From Mytilus trossulus (lineage: Eukaryota), in contig NC_086385.1 in the NCBI RefSeq assembly GCF_036588685.1, positions 50,305,216 through 50,369,215 on the forward strand: a DNA stretch of 64,000 bases, in the 5' to 3' direction. Below the pieces are notes generated by a model that was not told the DNA's origin, searched no databases, and saw nothing but the letters and a program-made list of their open reading frames with translations. Position 1 is the stretch's first letter. Every line of letters begins with the position of its first letter. Positions 52,269 to 64,000 of the stretch are shown in pieces. A program made the translations under genes and the position numbers.

Positions 52269-53147
52269 ATTATTTTGTAATAAATTAAGACTGTTTTTGT
52301 CTGAAATCACTCACAGAATACATTGCAGTTACACTGTATCCTGTTTTCTTATGATTTTATTGTGTACTTCAGTCATCAATACAAATTCATACAGTTTAGA
52401 TGTACATGTATAAATACTGTGGAATGACTCATCTATTATTAAACATGCAGTTTTAGTAAACCACTTTATGATAGCTACGGTCTGGTCATGTCACCGTATT
52501 TATATACATGCTTCTACATTTAATCAACAGAATGTGATGAAAGGGAAATAACTCCAAAATTAAATCAAACTACCAATGAAGATCTATTGAAAGTTGTGTT
52601 GAGCTCTTTGTTCATATGTTGCCCTCACTGGACATGCCAGACATAACATAGTTGTAAACTCATTCAATTAACATAAATGCCATTTAAGGAAGTTGCCACT
52701 GATGCCATATACTGGCCCTGCAACGTATTTTTTCAGATTCAGATTTATTCAGATTCAGATACTCAGTTTCAAAATAACAAGCTTTTCATAATGTTAATTT
52801 ACAGTATGTGATAGAGTAATAGAATAGTAAAGGAACAAGGAGAGCAAAACTATAAAAGAGGTCAATGTGCTTGTTTTTAAGATATTAGCCATTGCAATTT
52901 TGGTGGGAAAATGTTCTCTCTTGATTTTTCATTGCTTTATCAAGTTCTCAAAAACTATTTAAGATATGACTGCAATATATTTTCTGTCTATGAAGAAATA
53001 ACATCAAAAATGTGGTGCACACCTTATAACAGGTTAGGTGGGTTATTTTAGAGTGTGATCATGGTGATCCACATTTTTTATGTTATTTCAAATAGACAGA
53101 AAAAATATTACAGTCATTCCTTATAATATAATTCTAAATTCCATTTA

Positions 53148-53732
53148 TAGTCGCCGTCACGTAAAATTGGCACCATGATTTTTGTCAAAATTTTCTAAAA
53201 TATCGACCGCGTTTACTCGAGATCATGTTTTTCAATTAGCGGGATAAATATCCAATCCAAATATATACTACTGTCCTACCTTTTATTGTGTTTGCACAGT
53301 ATAATCCTGACCTTCACAAAATCAAGGATTATTTTGTATGGTGGAATCCGACATTGTTATTACCGGAAGTGTTGCCGTGGAGTCCACGTGCTCTCAATTT
53401 TCTTGTGTCTCTCGGTGCTGTGCGTCATCTCTATGTAAAAAGCGCGGGAAATCGTATCATCAATGACAATGATATTACCTGGAGAGTAACGAATGTTATG
53501 TAGTAAGGGATCCTCATAGAAACCAAGATGGCGGTTTTACAATGAAAACAATCTTGAAAAATGTGAAGGTCAGGATTATACAGTGCAAACACAATAAAAG
53601 GTAGGACAGTAGTATATATTTGGATTGAATTTTTATCCCGCTAATTGAAAAACATGATCTCGAGTAAACGCGGTCGATATTTTAGAAAATTTGGACAAAA
53701 ATCATGGTGCCAATTTTACGTGACGGCGACTA
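53148..53732. mobile_element. Young MITE with ~171-bp TIRs and TA target duplication (Tc1/mariner-type target)
   Basis: TA-TAGTCGCCGTCACGTAAAATTGGCACC...GGTGCCAATTTTACGTGACGGCGACTA-TA; arms 53148-53318 and 53562-53732 nearly perfect. Confidence 0.92.
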
Positions 53733-54423
53733 TAAAGCTGGAGTAAATCATGAAAAACATTGACAACTTCATGGTCTCATGACAAAATTATGTCTATGAG
53801 GTGATAGACAAAACACTGTCAGCCAATCAGAAGACGCATTGCATCCTAAATTAAATTATTTTAAAATACCAAAGATTTTATAAGACTTTTACAGATGGCT
53901 TATTATCATGATAATTATACATGTAAAAGATTTTCAAAAAGAAAATTGGGGTCAATGAACAAAATATTTAAAAAATTTAAAATGGATGAAACCAGAGAAT
54001 TCAGAAAATCGGACAAAAATTCCAAAACATGACAAGCGAACCTCCTTAACCAATTTGCTGTCAATTAACTACTTAATTTAGAAATGATTAATTTGTTCAA
54101 AGTAGATATGACAACAGAAATGGATATTGAAACATTCCCCTTTTCCTTTCTCAATTTTATATATATGTTTAATTTCTATGTCAATTTTTCATACGTTACC
54201 AATACTTGTTTTTACTTTTGCAAATGACATGTTTATAGCTTTCTGTTAAAATATTTTCCTATCATGGATTTAATCTATCTTTTTTATACATGTACAATCT
54301 CAAGTATTTTTGTAGAAAAAAGTTAATGCACTCTGAAATTCACTCATTAGCATGATAAGTTGGACATGTACGGTGGCTATTTCTCCAACATAATCATTAT
54401 CTTGTTCTCTTTATAAAACATAC

Positions 54424-54490
54424 CAGAGACCCAGACCTTCTTGTTAGCATTTTGATGTCGTCTGCATTTACTGTTGTCCTTTTGGCATGC
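54424..54490 (-). CDS. CENPS: CENP-S exon 3 (67 nt)
   Basis: tttttag|G CAT GCC AAA AGG...CTG|gtatgt: (K)HAKRTTVNADDIKMLTRRSGSL, the histone-fold HAKR.T...D signature. Confidence 0.95.
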
Positions 54491-56303
54491 CTAAAAAAAT
54501 AAGGAAATAGATTTCAAATATTATTAATCAAAGTGCAAGTACTTAGTTGTGTTAAAAGATGTAGGACGATGTGGTGTGAGTGCCAATGAGACAACTCTTC
54601 ATCCAAATAACAATTTATAAAAGTAAACCATTATAGGTCAATGTACGGCCTTCAACACAGAAGCCTTGGCTCACACCAAACAATAAGCTATAAAGGGCCC
54701 CAAAATAACTAGTGTAAAACCATTCAAACAGGAAAACCAACGATCTAATCTATAAAAAAAACGAGAAACAAGAAACACATATAAATTACATAAACAAATG
54801 ACAACTACTGTACATCAGATTCCTGACTAATGTTTAACAGTTATATACTTGTTAAAAAAAGGTTTTTCAAATTTAGAAGTGCCTAAGGGTTAGGCAAGAG
54901 GCATGATGCAATATTAACAATAGTTGTAACAGATTAAGCAGCAAGTACTGACATTATACATGTTTAATATGGAGTATATTTTTCAAATGAAAGTTATAGG
55001 ATATTCCATAATCCAGAGTTCGTTTTTACTATCAAAATTTTCATCATAGAGTGTTGCTGCCTACTAGCCATAGGCAGCTATTGATCCAAGGGTTCCAAAT
55101 GCTTAAGTTAAATTCATTCATTTGAAAGATTAATTAAAGTCATTATTGTTGACCATTATATATGATGCAGATGACCATGAATATTAAGTAGCCATAATAC
55201 TGTCCTCTTTACAAGATTGAATGAATTTGATTTAATCTATCAACCAATTTTTACTTATATTACCAGTTTGTACTAACATGTGCAACACAACAGCTGTCCC
55301 ATATGGAGCAGGATATACCTACATTGTACCTTTACAGAGTATCTTAGATCACTCATTTCTTTGGTTGGGTTTGTGAATATTAACCCTTTTTTTTGTAAAG
55401 TTTTAACATGAGTGCAGATATCCAAATAATGATTTGTGGCCTTCCTCTTATTTCTTATTTTCAATTTTCACTTCTTTCTTATAAATGTTGTACTTTTACA
55501 CCATTCTCCCAGGTTAGGGGGAAGTTTGAAATCCAGCTTACATTTTAAACCCAACCTTATGATGTATGTACCTGACCCAAGTCAGGAGCCTGTAATTCAG
55601 TGGCCATTGTGGGTGTTGTTTGTTCCTGTGTTACTTATATATTTGCATTTTTTTCATTTTATGTACATAACTTAGGCTGTTTAGTTTCTCATTTGAACTG
55701 TTTTACATTTGTCATTTCCATGATTTCTGGGCCTTTTATAGCTGACTATGCAGTATAAGCTTTGCTCATTGTTGAAGGCAGTATGGTGACATGTAGTTGT
55801 TAATTGATGTGTTACTTGGTCTCTTGTGAAGAGTTGTCTCATTGGCAATCATACCACATCTTCTTTTTTATAAGTACTTGCAAATCTTTTTGTTAACAAA
55901 ATTGATCTCTTTCTTTGAGAGCGATTCTAAATCATGATCACATCACCATGATCACAATTATCATTTCTCTGTTTACTTGACATCAATAAATGAGAATGTA
56001 TTGTAAAAGGAGTTTATGAAACTATCTCTTAGAATATAAGTCTATTTTCTAAACAAGAATGTGTCCATAGTACACAAATGTCCAACTCACACTATCATTT
56101 TGTATGTTCAATGGACAGAGAAACTGGTGTCAAATCTCTAATTTGGCATATAAATTAGAAAGATCACATCATAGGGAAAATGTGTCATGTGTGAACTGAG
56201 TATCAAATTTATTGGACTTCATTTATTAAACTTTACTAATAACTGTCATGAAATGCCTACAAATAAATCATTTGTAAATGGGGCATAAAAAAGAAAATCA
56301 TAC

Positions 56304-56461
56304 TTGGCAAACATCTCCATATCTTCTGCAAACTTTTGACATTGTCTCCATGCTGTTTCTGATATTGAGGCTACCAGCTGTTTTGTGCAGACAACATCTA
56401 GCTCGGAGGACTGCTGTTGGCATATCTTCATTGTAGTGTAATGGAGTGCTGCTTTTAATCT
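56304..56461 (-). CDS. CENPS: CENP-S exon 2 (158 nt)
   Basis: tttttag|AGA...GCC AA|gtatga: RLKAALHYTTMKICQQQSSELDVVCTKQLVASISETAWRQCQKFAEDMEMFA; matches the CENP-S/MHF1 RLKAA.HY and D.EMFA motifs. Confidence 0.95.
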
Positions 56462-59400
56462 CTAAAAACATGAAAAATAAAAGGTAAATACATTTGAGAT
56501 AATTTTTTTATCAGTTTCAAGTTACTATTTTAATTACTTGATCGTCATCTAATAGTTATAATAAAATACTATGTAAATAATATTTTCGGATTTGGTACAG
56601 TACAGCCTGTGACATCCTCTTAGTAATGTCCACCCTCTTGCATGGTCAACATCCAATGGTGGACATTAATTGGGGTATTCAATTTTGAGATGTTGGCCAT
56701 TTATTGGGGGTCATAAATCATAGGTTGATTTTTTTTATCTAATTATGTTACCTGTTAAAATCAACCTGAAGTTTTCAGCTGGTATGTTTTATTAAAATTT
56801 ACCTGTACAGGTAATTTGGGTTTCTTTTAAAATTGACATTCCACCTTTTTTGGAAAATGTAGAATAAAAAATTGTTTTACTAAGTCTGTTAAATTTTTAT
56901 AATTTTTTGTCTTTAATTTTATTTAATATTTTTTTTTTTTTTAATTGTTATTTTTATTTCATCCTGTTTTGTTTCTTATTCTTTAATAATTTCTATTTAT
57001 AGTAAGAATCTTGAGTAAAAATGGCAAAAAGTCAAAGATAAAGTTATTGACTAGAATTTGAAATAAACAGACTTTCAATAATTGTTTTTTAAGTAAAAGG
57101 TTTATATAAATGTACATGTTGTACATTGTATTCAATCGTTTCTTAACATTATTAAATGAGTTATTACTATTAATAAAAACTAATAATCATGCAAGTATAT
57201 TTTAAATAAAAAAATAAGATGATCAATATCTATCCTTTTACAATAAATTTTTATAACATCTAATGTCCTTATATATATATCTGAATAAAGTGAATCTTAT
57301 GAAAAGAAATTATTTAAAGAAATTGTCTTGAAACTTATTAAATACATTATCGTCAGTTTGGTGAATTTCTTTCAAAATTTGTCTCCAGAAAAAATGAAGT
57401 GCACTTCTAAAGATGGTGACACTTTTATGGTCTATTATTTAAATCATTTTTTTCCAGTGTATTATATAGTCAATAGTGCTGGACTGACATGATACATATT
57501 CTTGGTATACATTTACTATGATTTACAAAGAATATGTCAATTAACCTAGGCCTTTCAGATAAAGTTAATAATTGCAGGGACTTGAATGAATTAAGACTCT
57601 TAAAGTCATGAAAGTCCTTAATAAAAACTGAATTTAAATCAAAATCTAAAAATAAAAATTTATGATAAAAACTGTAAACTTGATTGTGTCAATAGGTAGA
57701 GAATTTTGGTCATAATTTAGTAATAGAAAATAAATTCCTAGAAGGATAGAGTGTGTAAAATTATTTACCTTCTCATTATAATGTCTCTTACCCAAGAACA
57801 AAAAGTAAAAGAAATGCTTAACCTCTAAAACATGGATCATGTTTAAAATATCATATGACAATAAAAATATTATCAAATTTTGCTGTAATGAATATTTCAA
57901 ATACTTATAAATATTCTATTCAATAAAGAAATAATGAATTGCCTAAATTTTATTTAGCTTAAGTCCTAATGACAATCTTAATCATTTGTTAAACCATGTT
58001 GAATGCAGATCAGTTTATCTACAATAATAAAACATTTTGATTTTAGAAAAATAATTTGAGAAACACTTTGTCTATAAAAAAAAAAAAAAAGCATGCATTG
58101 TAAATGATATTCATTTATTCTTTACTTACATGACTACCAAAAAATAGAATTATTATAAAAAAGACTTAAAACTGATTAAAAATTATTTAAAGGGTATAAT
58201 AATAAATATCAAAACTAATAGTCATGAGACATTTATTTTTTAATTAAGCTGTGTGTTCAACTAGTTTTATTATTTCATTTTATATTCATGATATTTGAAA
58301 ATTCTTCGTCATTATCACAGTTATTAAATTTGACAAACACATACATGTATATTTTACCTGAGACATGTGACCTGTAAGTTATATAATTTTAACACTTGAA
58401 TGCATTCAAGATTTCCCTTTATCCTTGACTAGTTTTTGATTAATACCTTGTGTATTAGAAAAGCAACAGAGGTATGATGATGGACATATAGGGCCACCAT
58501 GGTCAACATAATTTTTATGGCCACCATTAATAAGATAAAGTCACAGGTAGTACTGTAAGATTACAAGGAGGCTACATGAGTACATTGTACATGTATTATC
58601 AACAGAAGACCTAAGGACTGTACATGTATGTGTTTATCTTGACTAATGAGAAAACTCCTACGTTATATTTTAGATTAGCATTAATACATTAATGTGTTTC
58701 TTTGTTTTTTCTAATTATGTACATGTACTATTAACATGAATAATCCATTGTTCTATGTGATTTAAGAAATTAGAATCATTGACATTCCATTATTCCATTT
58801 AGGGAAGCGTGCATGTACAATGTACACAATGTAGCAAAATGAGGCCCCATAAAGAAGTGTCCAAGTAATTAGATAATTACATTGTTTTGCAAATACATGA
58901 ATATAATCATATTCTATACATCATTGTTCATTCATGTCATTAATTATTCATTAATCATGTTACTTATTTGTTTGACCAAGATGATGAAGATAATAAAATA
59001 ATAAAAAATACCGTCCTAGTAGAACTTATCACAAACATGACAAATGATCAGGAAATATCTGGTAAGGATTTCAAAATCAAATGAACAGTATAAAAAGGCC
59101 AAGGTTTCAAACAATCAAAAACCCCATGTGAATTATAAAGGCTTTCTGAACAAATAAGTGGAATTGTATCAGACCTATATGCATGAAGACTAGTATTTGT
59201 AAACTGTCTATTCTCGGACTAAGCCCTGTATAATGTTACCAAATCCTGATTTTGAGGCAATTCAAGATACTCTAATTGCATCTATTATAAATATAAGTTG
59301 TATTTTGTATTTGAAAAAAACACATATGTATGTACATGTATGGCTTGCATGAACCTGGCAGGGGCGAATGTGTTAACAGTAATGATTGCGATTTTGTCCA

Positions 59401-61056
59401 ATTAATTATGACACCTTGAAATATTATTTCAATTTTTTACTTATGACGCTCCCTACAGCCATAACAGCATCACAGAAATTTTTTAAAAAGCCTTTCGGGA
59501 TGTCATCATAGTCATAATTATTTGCCATGTTCATCTTTGTTCATAAGGTAATGCAAATATATTAATAAAAATGAAAACAATATATGCAGATGTGTTAGAT
59601 GGCATTTATATATTTATATGTGTTCGGTGATCTTCTGCAGTGTTTGGTGGTGAAAAGACCTACCAGGTGTCTAGGTCCAGATAAGTTGGGTAGAGTGAGC
59701 TCACAAACAGCCTACATGGTCATGTACACCATGGAAGGTTGTAGTCCAAATAATTATGACATCTTGAAAGGCTATTATATTTTTTTTCTTTGACGCCTTA
59801 CTTCAACGATGTAAGGCGTCAAAGAAAAAAATATATAATAGCCTTTCAAGACGTCATATCCAGGTGTAATGATAAGTCGTTAAATACTAAGGCTATTTTT
59901 TTCTTAGTTTTTCTGTAGACTTAGCTTTCATTTTTTATAACCATGCATTGTCAAGCTTGGTAAATCATAATTGTTTGTCAGTAACTAAATGTACGATGCT
60001 GTCCCATACTGAACCTTCTGACCTTGTTTGTTTACATTAAAATTTCAATGGGGTCAAAATCACGTGATGTCAATTCGTTATATCCAATCAAATTGCTCTA
60101 CTGTCAATTAGGGGATTTTTCAGTCCACGGCAATTACGTTATTTCTTTGTGGGATATTGCTTCAAAATAGTTTGCAATAGTTCTGGGTTTTATTCAACAG
60201 GAAAACTTTTTTTTTGCCATCCCTTTTGACATCAAGGGAATTTTGTATGATTATTTTCCTACAGTCATGATGGTCAGACATTGTCAGAATATCGATCTTT
60301 TTATAATGAATAAAAAGAAAATTCTAAGAAAAAATAAATGTAAATTGTTTTTTATTAACCAACTCTATATGCCTGTACAAAATTATGGCATGGACATCGT
60401 TTTTTCATGTAGTTTTCCTTTCATTTTGGTTGGGCTTTTTTCGCGTAAGACGTATAAAGAAGCATGTCATTTTAAAATTCCTAAAAATACGATTTGCTTG
60501 ACCTGTATTGCCTGCCACAAGATTGATGACGCTGAATGGTATGTACACAAAGCAATGGAGGCTGGCAGTGGGATTTTGTGAAGTTCTAGAATGTTTTAAG
60601 ACATTTGGAAGTCGGGATTGAAATGGGCATTAGAAAATTGGCATTTTTTAGCAATAATTGAGAACAACAATGAAAACTTACCTTTTGAATTGTTTTTTTA
60701 TTCAAAAGAGCAGGTATTCTGTACAGTTTTTCTACGCCAGAAGCAGCTTAGTGATGTCAATGTGGAGTTTCCCCGTTTGTTAAGTTCAAACACAAATACC
60801 TAACGAACTGACAAGATGAACGATCTTAGACTACGGTAGGATAATTATTTGGACTAGGAAGATTGCTGAGCATGCAAATCTTTATCCATATTGTGCACGG
60901 GTCGCCACTCAATTACATTTGAGGTAAAACACAGAGAAAAAAATGATAATGTAATATTGATAAACATGATAAAGAAATTCAATCATCGAAGTAACAAGTG
61001 TTTGTCCAAATTTTAAAATTATTTGGAGAAACTTCGATGATTGAATTCATCATTAC

Positions 61057-61107
61057 CTGCTGATATTGAAGACTTTCGTAATCATCATCTGTGATGTTGT
61101 CTGCCAT
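61057..61107 (-). CDS. CENPS: CENP-S exon 1 coding part (51 nt)
   Basis: aaaATGG start; MADNITDDDYESLQYQQ|gtaatg; YQQ|RLKAA junction as in vertebrate CENP-S; exons sum to 411 nt = 136 aa + stop. Confidence 0.9.
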
Positions 61108-62899
61108 TTTCGTCAATCTCAAACAGTCTGTAAAATGCCTAGTTCCATATTTTCTTTGTAAAATGATTATTTTTCATTTTTAATTATTGCGGGTAAATTA
61201 TGACTGGTTTATCTGTAAGAATCTTCTTTCGCTTTATCTTTTATCGCATTATGAAACTCTTTGATAACCTTGACTGAATTATAATAAACGTTTTACAAAT
61301 TGCTGACGGTATGTCTAGAATTCCGTGTATAATGTATTTTCGTACCTTAACCATTTCGTACCTCTGCAATTTTACAGCCAACATAATTCACCATTTCGTA
61401 CCTATTAAAATTTGTTGTTCGCTATGGTTGCATTACTTATAACATTTCGCCATGTCGTACCTCATAGACTTAGTTACTCAAATCCTTTGATAACTATTTT
61501 ACATGTTAAAAAAAACACAATTTGAGATAATCTTAATAGAAAAATATTGTTTTAACCGGGCTAAACGTGTACACTGGTCGATTAATTTAATCAAAATATG
61601 TTCGTTACAAGTTTGAGATTGGTTCAAAAATGTGTCATTTACAAAATAAACAACGATTTAAGTTCAATTATATGGGGACATCAATGAACTAAAATATGTA
61701 CAAATGCTCTTTCCCCTAAACTTTTTCACATTCTTTTAATTTTGTACTTTATCTGTACACTGGATCATATCAAGGCATTGATAGCATTGCTACTAGTTTT
61801 TTAAAAGTGCATTTGAACAGCAGGGTACCTTCCAACAACTGGCATCTGTTATAAATGAATTAGTGGACAATCGAAATAAAGAAGTTAAAATTCCTGCAAT
61901 GGACAAATCATCTAAGCCAAAATTGACCTTAGCCAGTAAAAAAGCAAGTTTATCAAAAGTACACAACAAAATCCATGCATTGGGTCTTTCCCAAATTGTA
62001 GTTCACATGAACCATCAACCGCACCAACCATGTTGAAGGTTTTTTAACCTTCAGTCAAAAGTCCTATGACAGGGCCCTTGGCCCTGCATGAGACAGTTCA
62101 AATTATTCAACAACAATCTCCTTTCAATAACATACTATAAACCTCTAGTTCTAATCAAGGATACCAGCAAAAGGCTTATGTGTCTTCTTACACACACTTA
62201 CCATCTACTATGAGTCAATAATATTTGGTTCAGAGCAGCACACCAGTACAGAAACAATTGGCTACAAGTGGATTCTATCATGTTTCTCCAATGCTGAATG
62301 CAGTGCCTACTTACGGTATAGGTGTAATTCATGTACCACCATTCATTTTCCCCTATTATTCTTTGTTAAATTTGCACTTTTCAAAAAATTGTGCAGAATT
62401 TATCTTTGTTTCAAATAAAGAAATACTTGGCATGAGTAAAGTTTTATTCTGTCCAGTTCTATAGAAAAAGTTTCACATAACAGTTCATTGCATATAAGAA
62501 AATAACCATCATTGGAAGTTAACCAATCCAATTTCTCCCCTTATTCTATCTGTGTATACAAGGTTTAGTCACCATGTAACCTCAAGATTACAAAATTTTC
62601 TATAGAAATCACAAATAAAATAATGGTGTTTTGAAATACCCAAGGAATATGTGTATGACACAGAAATAGTTTTACTGCAATAAAATGTAGGATTAATTAC
62701 CTACAACGGTCAAATTCAAGGGAATATTTTTCAGACCTTTTTTCGTATACAACCGGATGTGACGTACCATGATTTATTGGTATTACACCTATAATCCACG
62801 TCGAGTCAATTGCAAATCCCACATTTATCACTCCAATAATGACAACCTCGTCAGCTCTTTGAGCTCTAACAGGCTTCCTATAACAGAAATCTGACTACA

Positions 62900-64000
62900 C
62901 TGACCGATGCAAGAAAGAGCAGAGGAAGCCAAAAGAGTGTGGCAACACATCTTCTTCAGACTCCTGATTGGAGAGAGGATTTACCAGATGGCAAGAAAAT
63001 CTTGGTGCAAATGACCGGAGCCGAAGCCCACAGCTCTCAAAAATGCAAAAACTCAATTGGAGAGGAACCATGACTTGGAAGGCGTTCATTTACCAATTTG
63101 AATAACTTGCGGTAGATTCGACAATGGGAAATCAGGAGAAATGTGTGTAGGCCCCAGATTGCCAGGCCTATGTTGGCGTTGAGTACGCTCGAAAGGTAAA
63201 AACAGATGGTGATTCCAAGGCCTTACAAAAGCATTCATTTGGAGCAGCGATTCAGCAAGAAAGACGATCAAACCAGATTGGAACAGAAGCATTCCGTCGA
63301 GGATGTAAAGACAAAGATCAAGGCATGTGATAGAGAGGAACCCAGAAACAATCAAAAAGACGTTAAAACAATTTAAAACCCCAATAGCAAACCAGATGAC
63401 GATATATGGATCAAAAGTGCCAATTATGGCCATCAATAAGTCTATTTTGCTGATGACGCAGTATCACCGACCGGTAAAGAAAATCAGAGCAGTCCTTTTG
63501 GATAATGACATGCATAACCTCACACAAATTGTCACAAAACTAGCTGATGTTATGCTTTGAACTACTAGTAATCAGCATAACCATGGGTTGACCGATCAAT
63601 ATAACCTCTGTTCTTCTGATAAAAAAATCATGGAAGATCACCAGTTCAATGGAAGATCATCTGAACAATATACACGTGGAAGATCTCCTGAGCAATACAA
63701 TCGCGGTCGATCGCCAAATAGAAATACGCCCAAGCTTAATGCTTATTGATCAGCAACACCCCTACTAAGCTAGGGATCATATACTCCCTAAAGACAACGG
63801 TTAACTCCACGGACAAGGTACTATACATGACTAGAATGTGAGCATGATTGTGGACACTGCTGCAATGATAACATTAGTATATGAGAAATCAATTCCGGCA
63901 GAAAATGAAGATTTGGAGAACGTAACGCTACGTGGTTTGGGTTAACAGCTTGTTATTGGGAAGATTATAAAGAACGACTCTCGACAATAATAGAGTAAAC
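62900..64000 (+). pseudogene. Degenerate Gypsy-like LTR retrotransposon gag-protease remnant (runs off window)
   Basis: Gag-like WKAFIYQFE and AFRRGCKDK..IERNPETIKK pieces; retropepsin-like MIVDTAAMITLV...VTLRGLG* from 63844; stops and frameshifts. Confidence 0.65.

Noticed and set aside
59599-60803. Short ORFs inside CENP-S intron 1 as a nested gene
   Set aside because: No recognisable homology or consistent exon chain; region looks like decayed repeats

Overview
AT-rich (roughly 30% GC by eye), repeat-dense animal genomic DNA, not prokaryotic. The repeat families and the innexin point to a bivalve mollusc, probably Mytilus (inference). Two host genes are supported. (1) A gap-junction innexin on + with one large coding exon (14252-15455), whose first codon is completed by an upstream exon. 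(2) A complete 4-exon CENP-S/MHF1 (APITD1) gene on - (61107 to 51947, 136 aa) that the ORF track misses. The best candidate for new biology is the innexin stop. It is UGA-CUA, a canonical leaky context, and is followed by 53 open codons ending in the class I PDZ-binding motif ETEV*. This suggests a second C-terminal isoform made by stop-codon readthrough, or alternatively by an in-frame 66-nt intron that removes the stop. Other notable signals: the CENP-S last-exon splice acceptor is quadruplicated in a 55-bp tandem array; there are several ~350-nt retrozyme-like repeats carrying minimal type I hammerhead ribozymes; and a ~580-bp insertion is built almost entirely from locally templated fragments. 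The rest is SINE-like repeats, MITEs, satellites and decayed Penelope-like, CR1-type LINE and Gypsy-like remnants.
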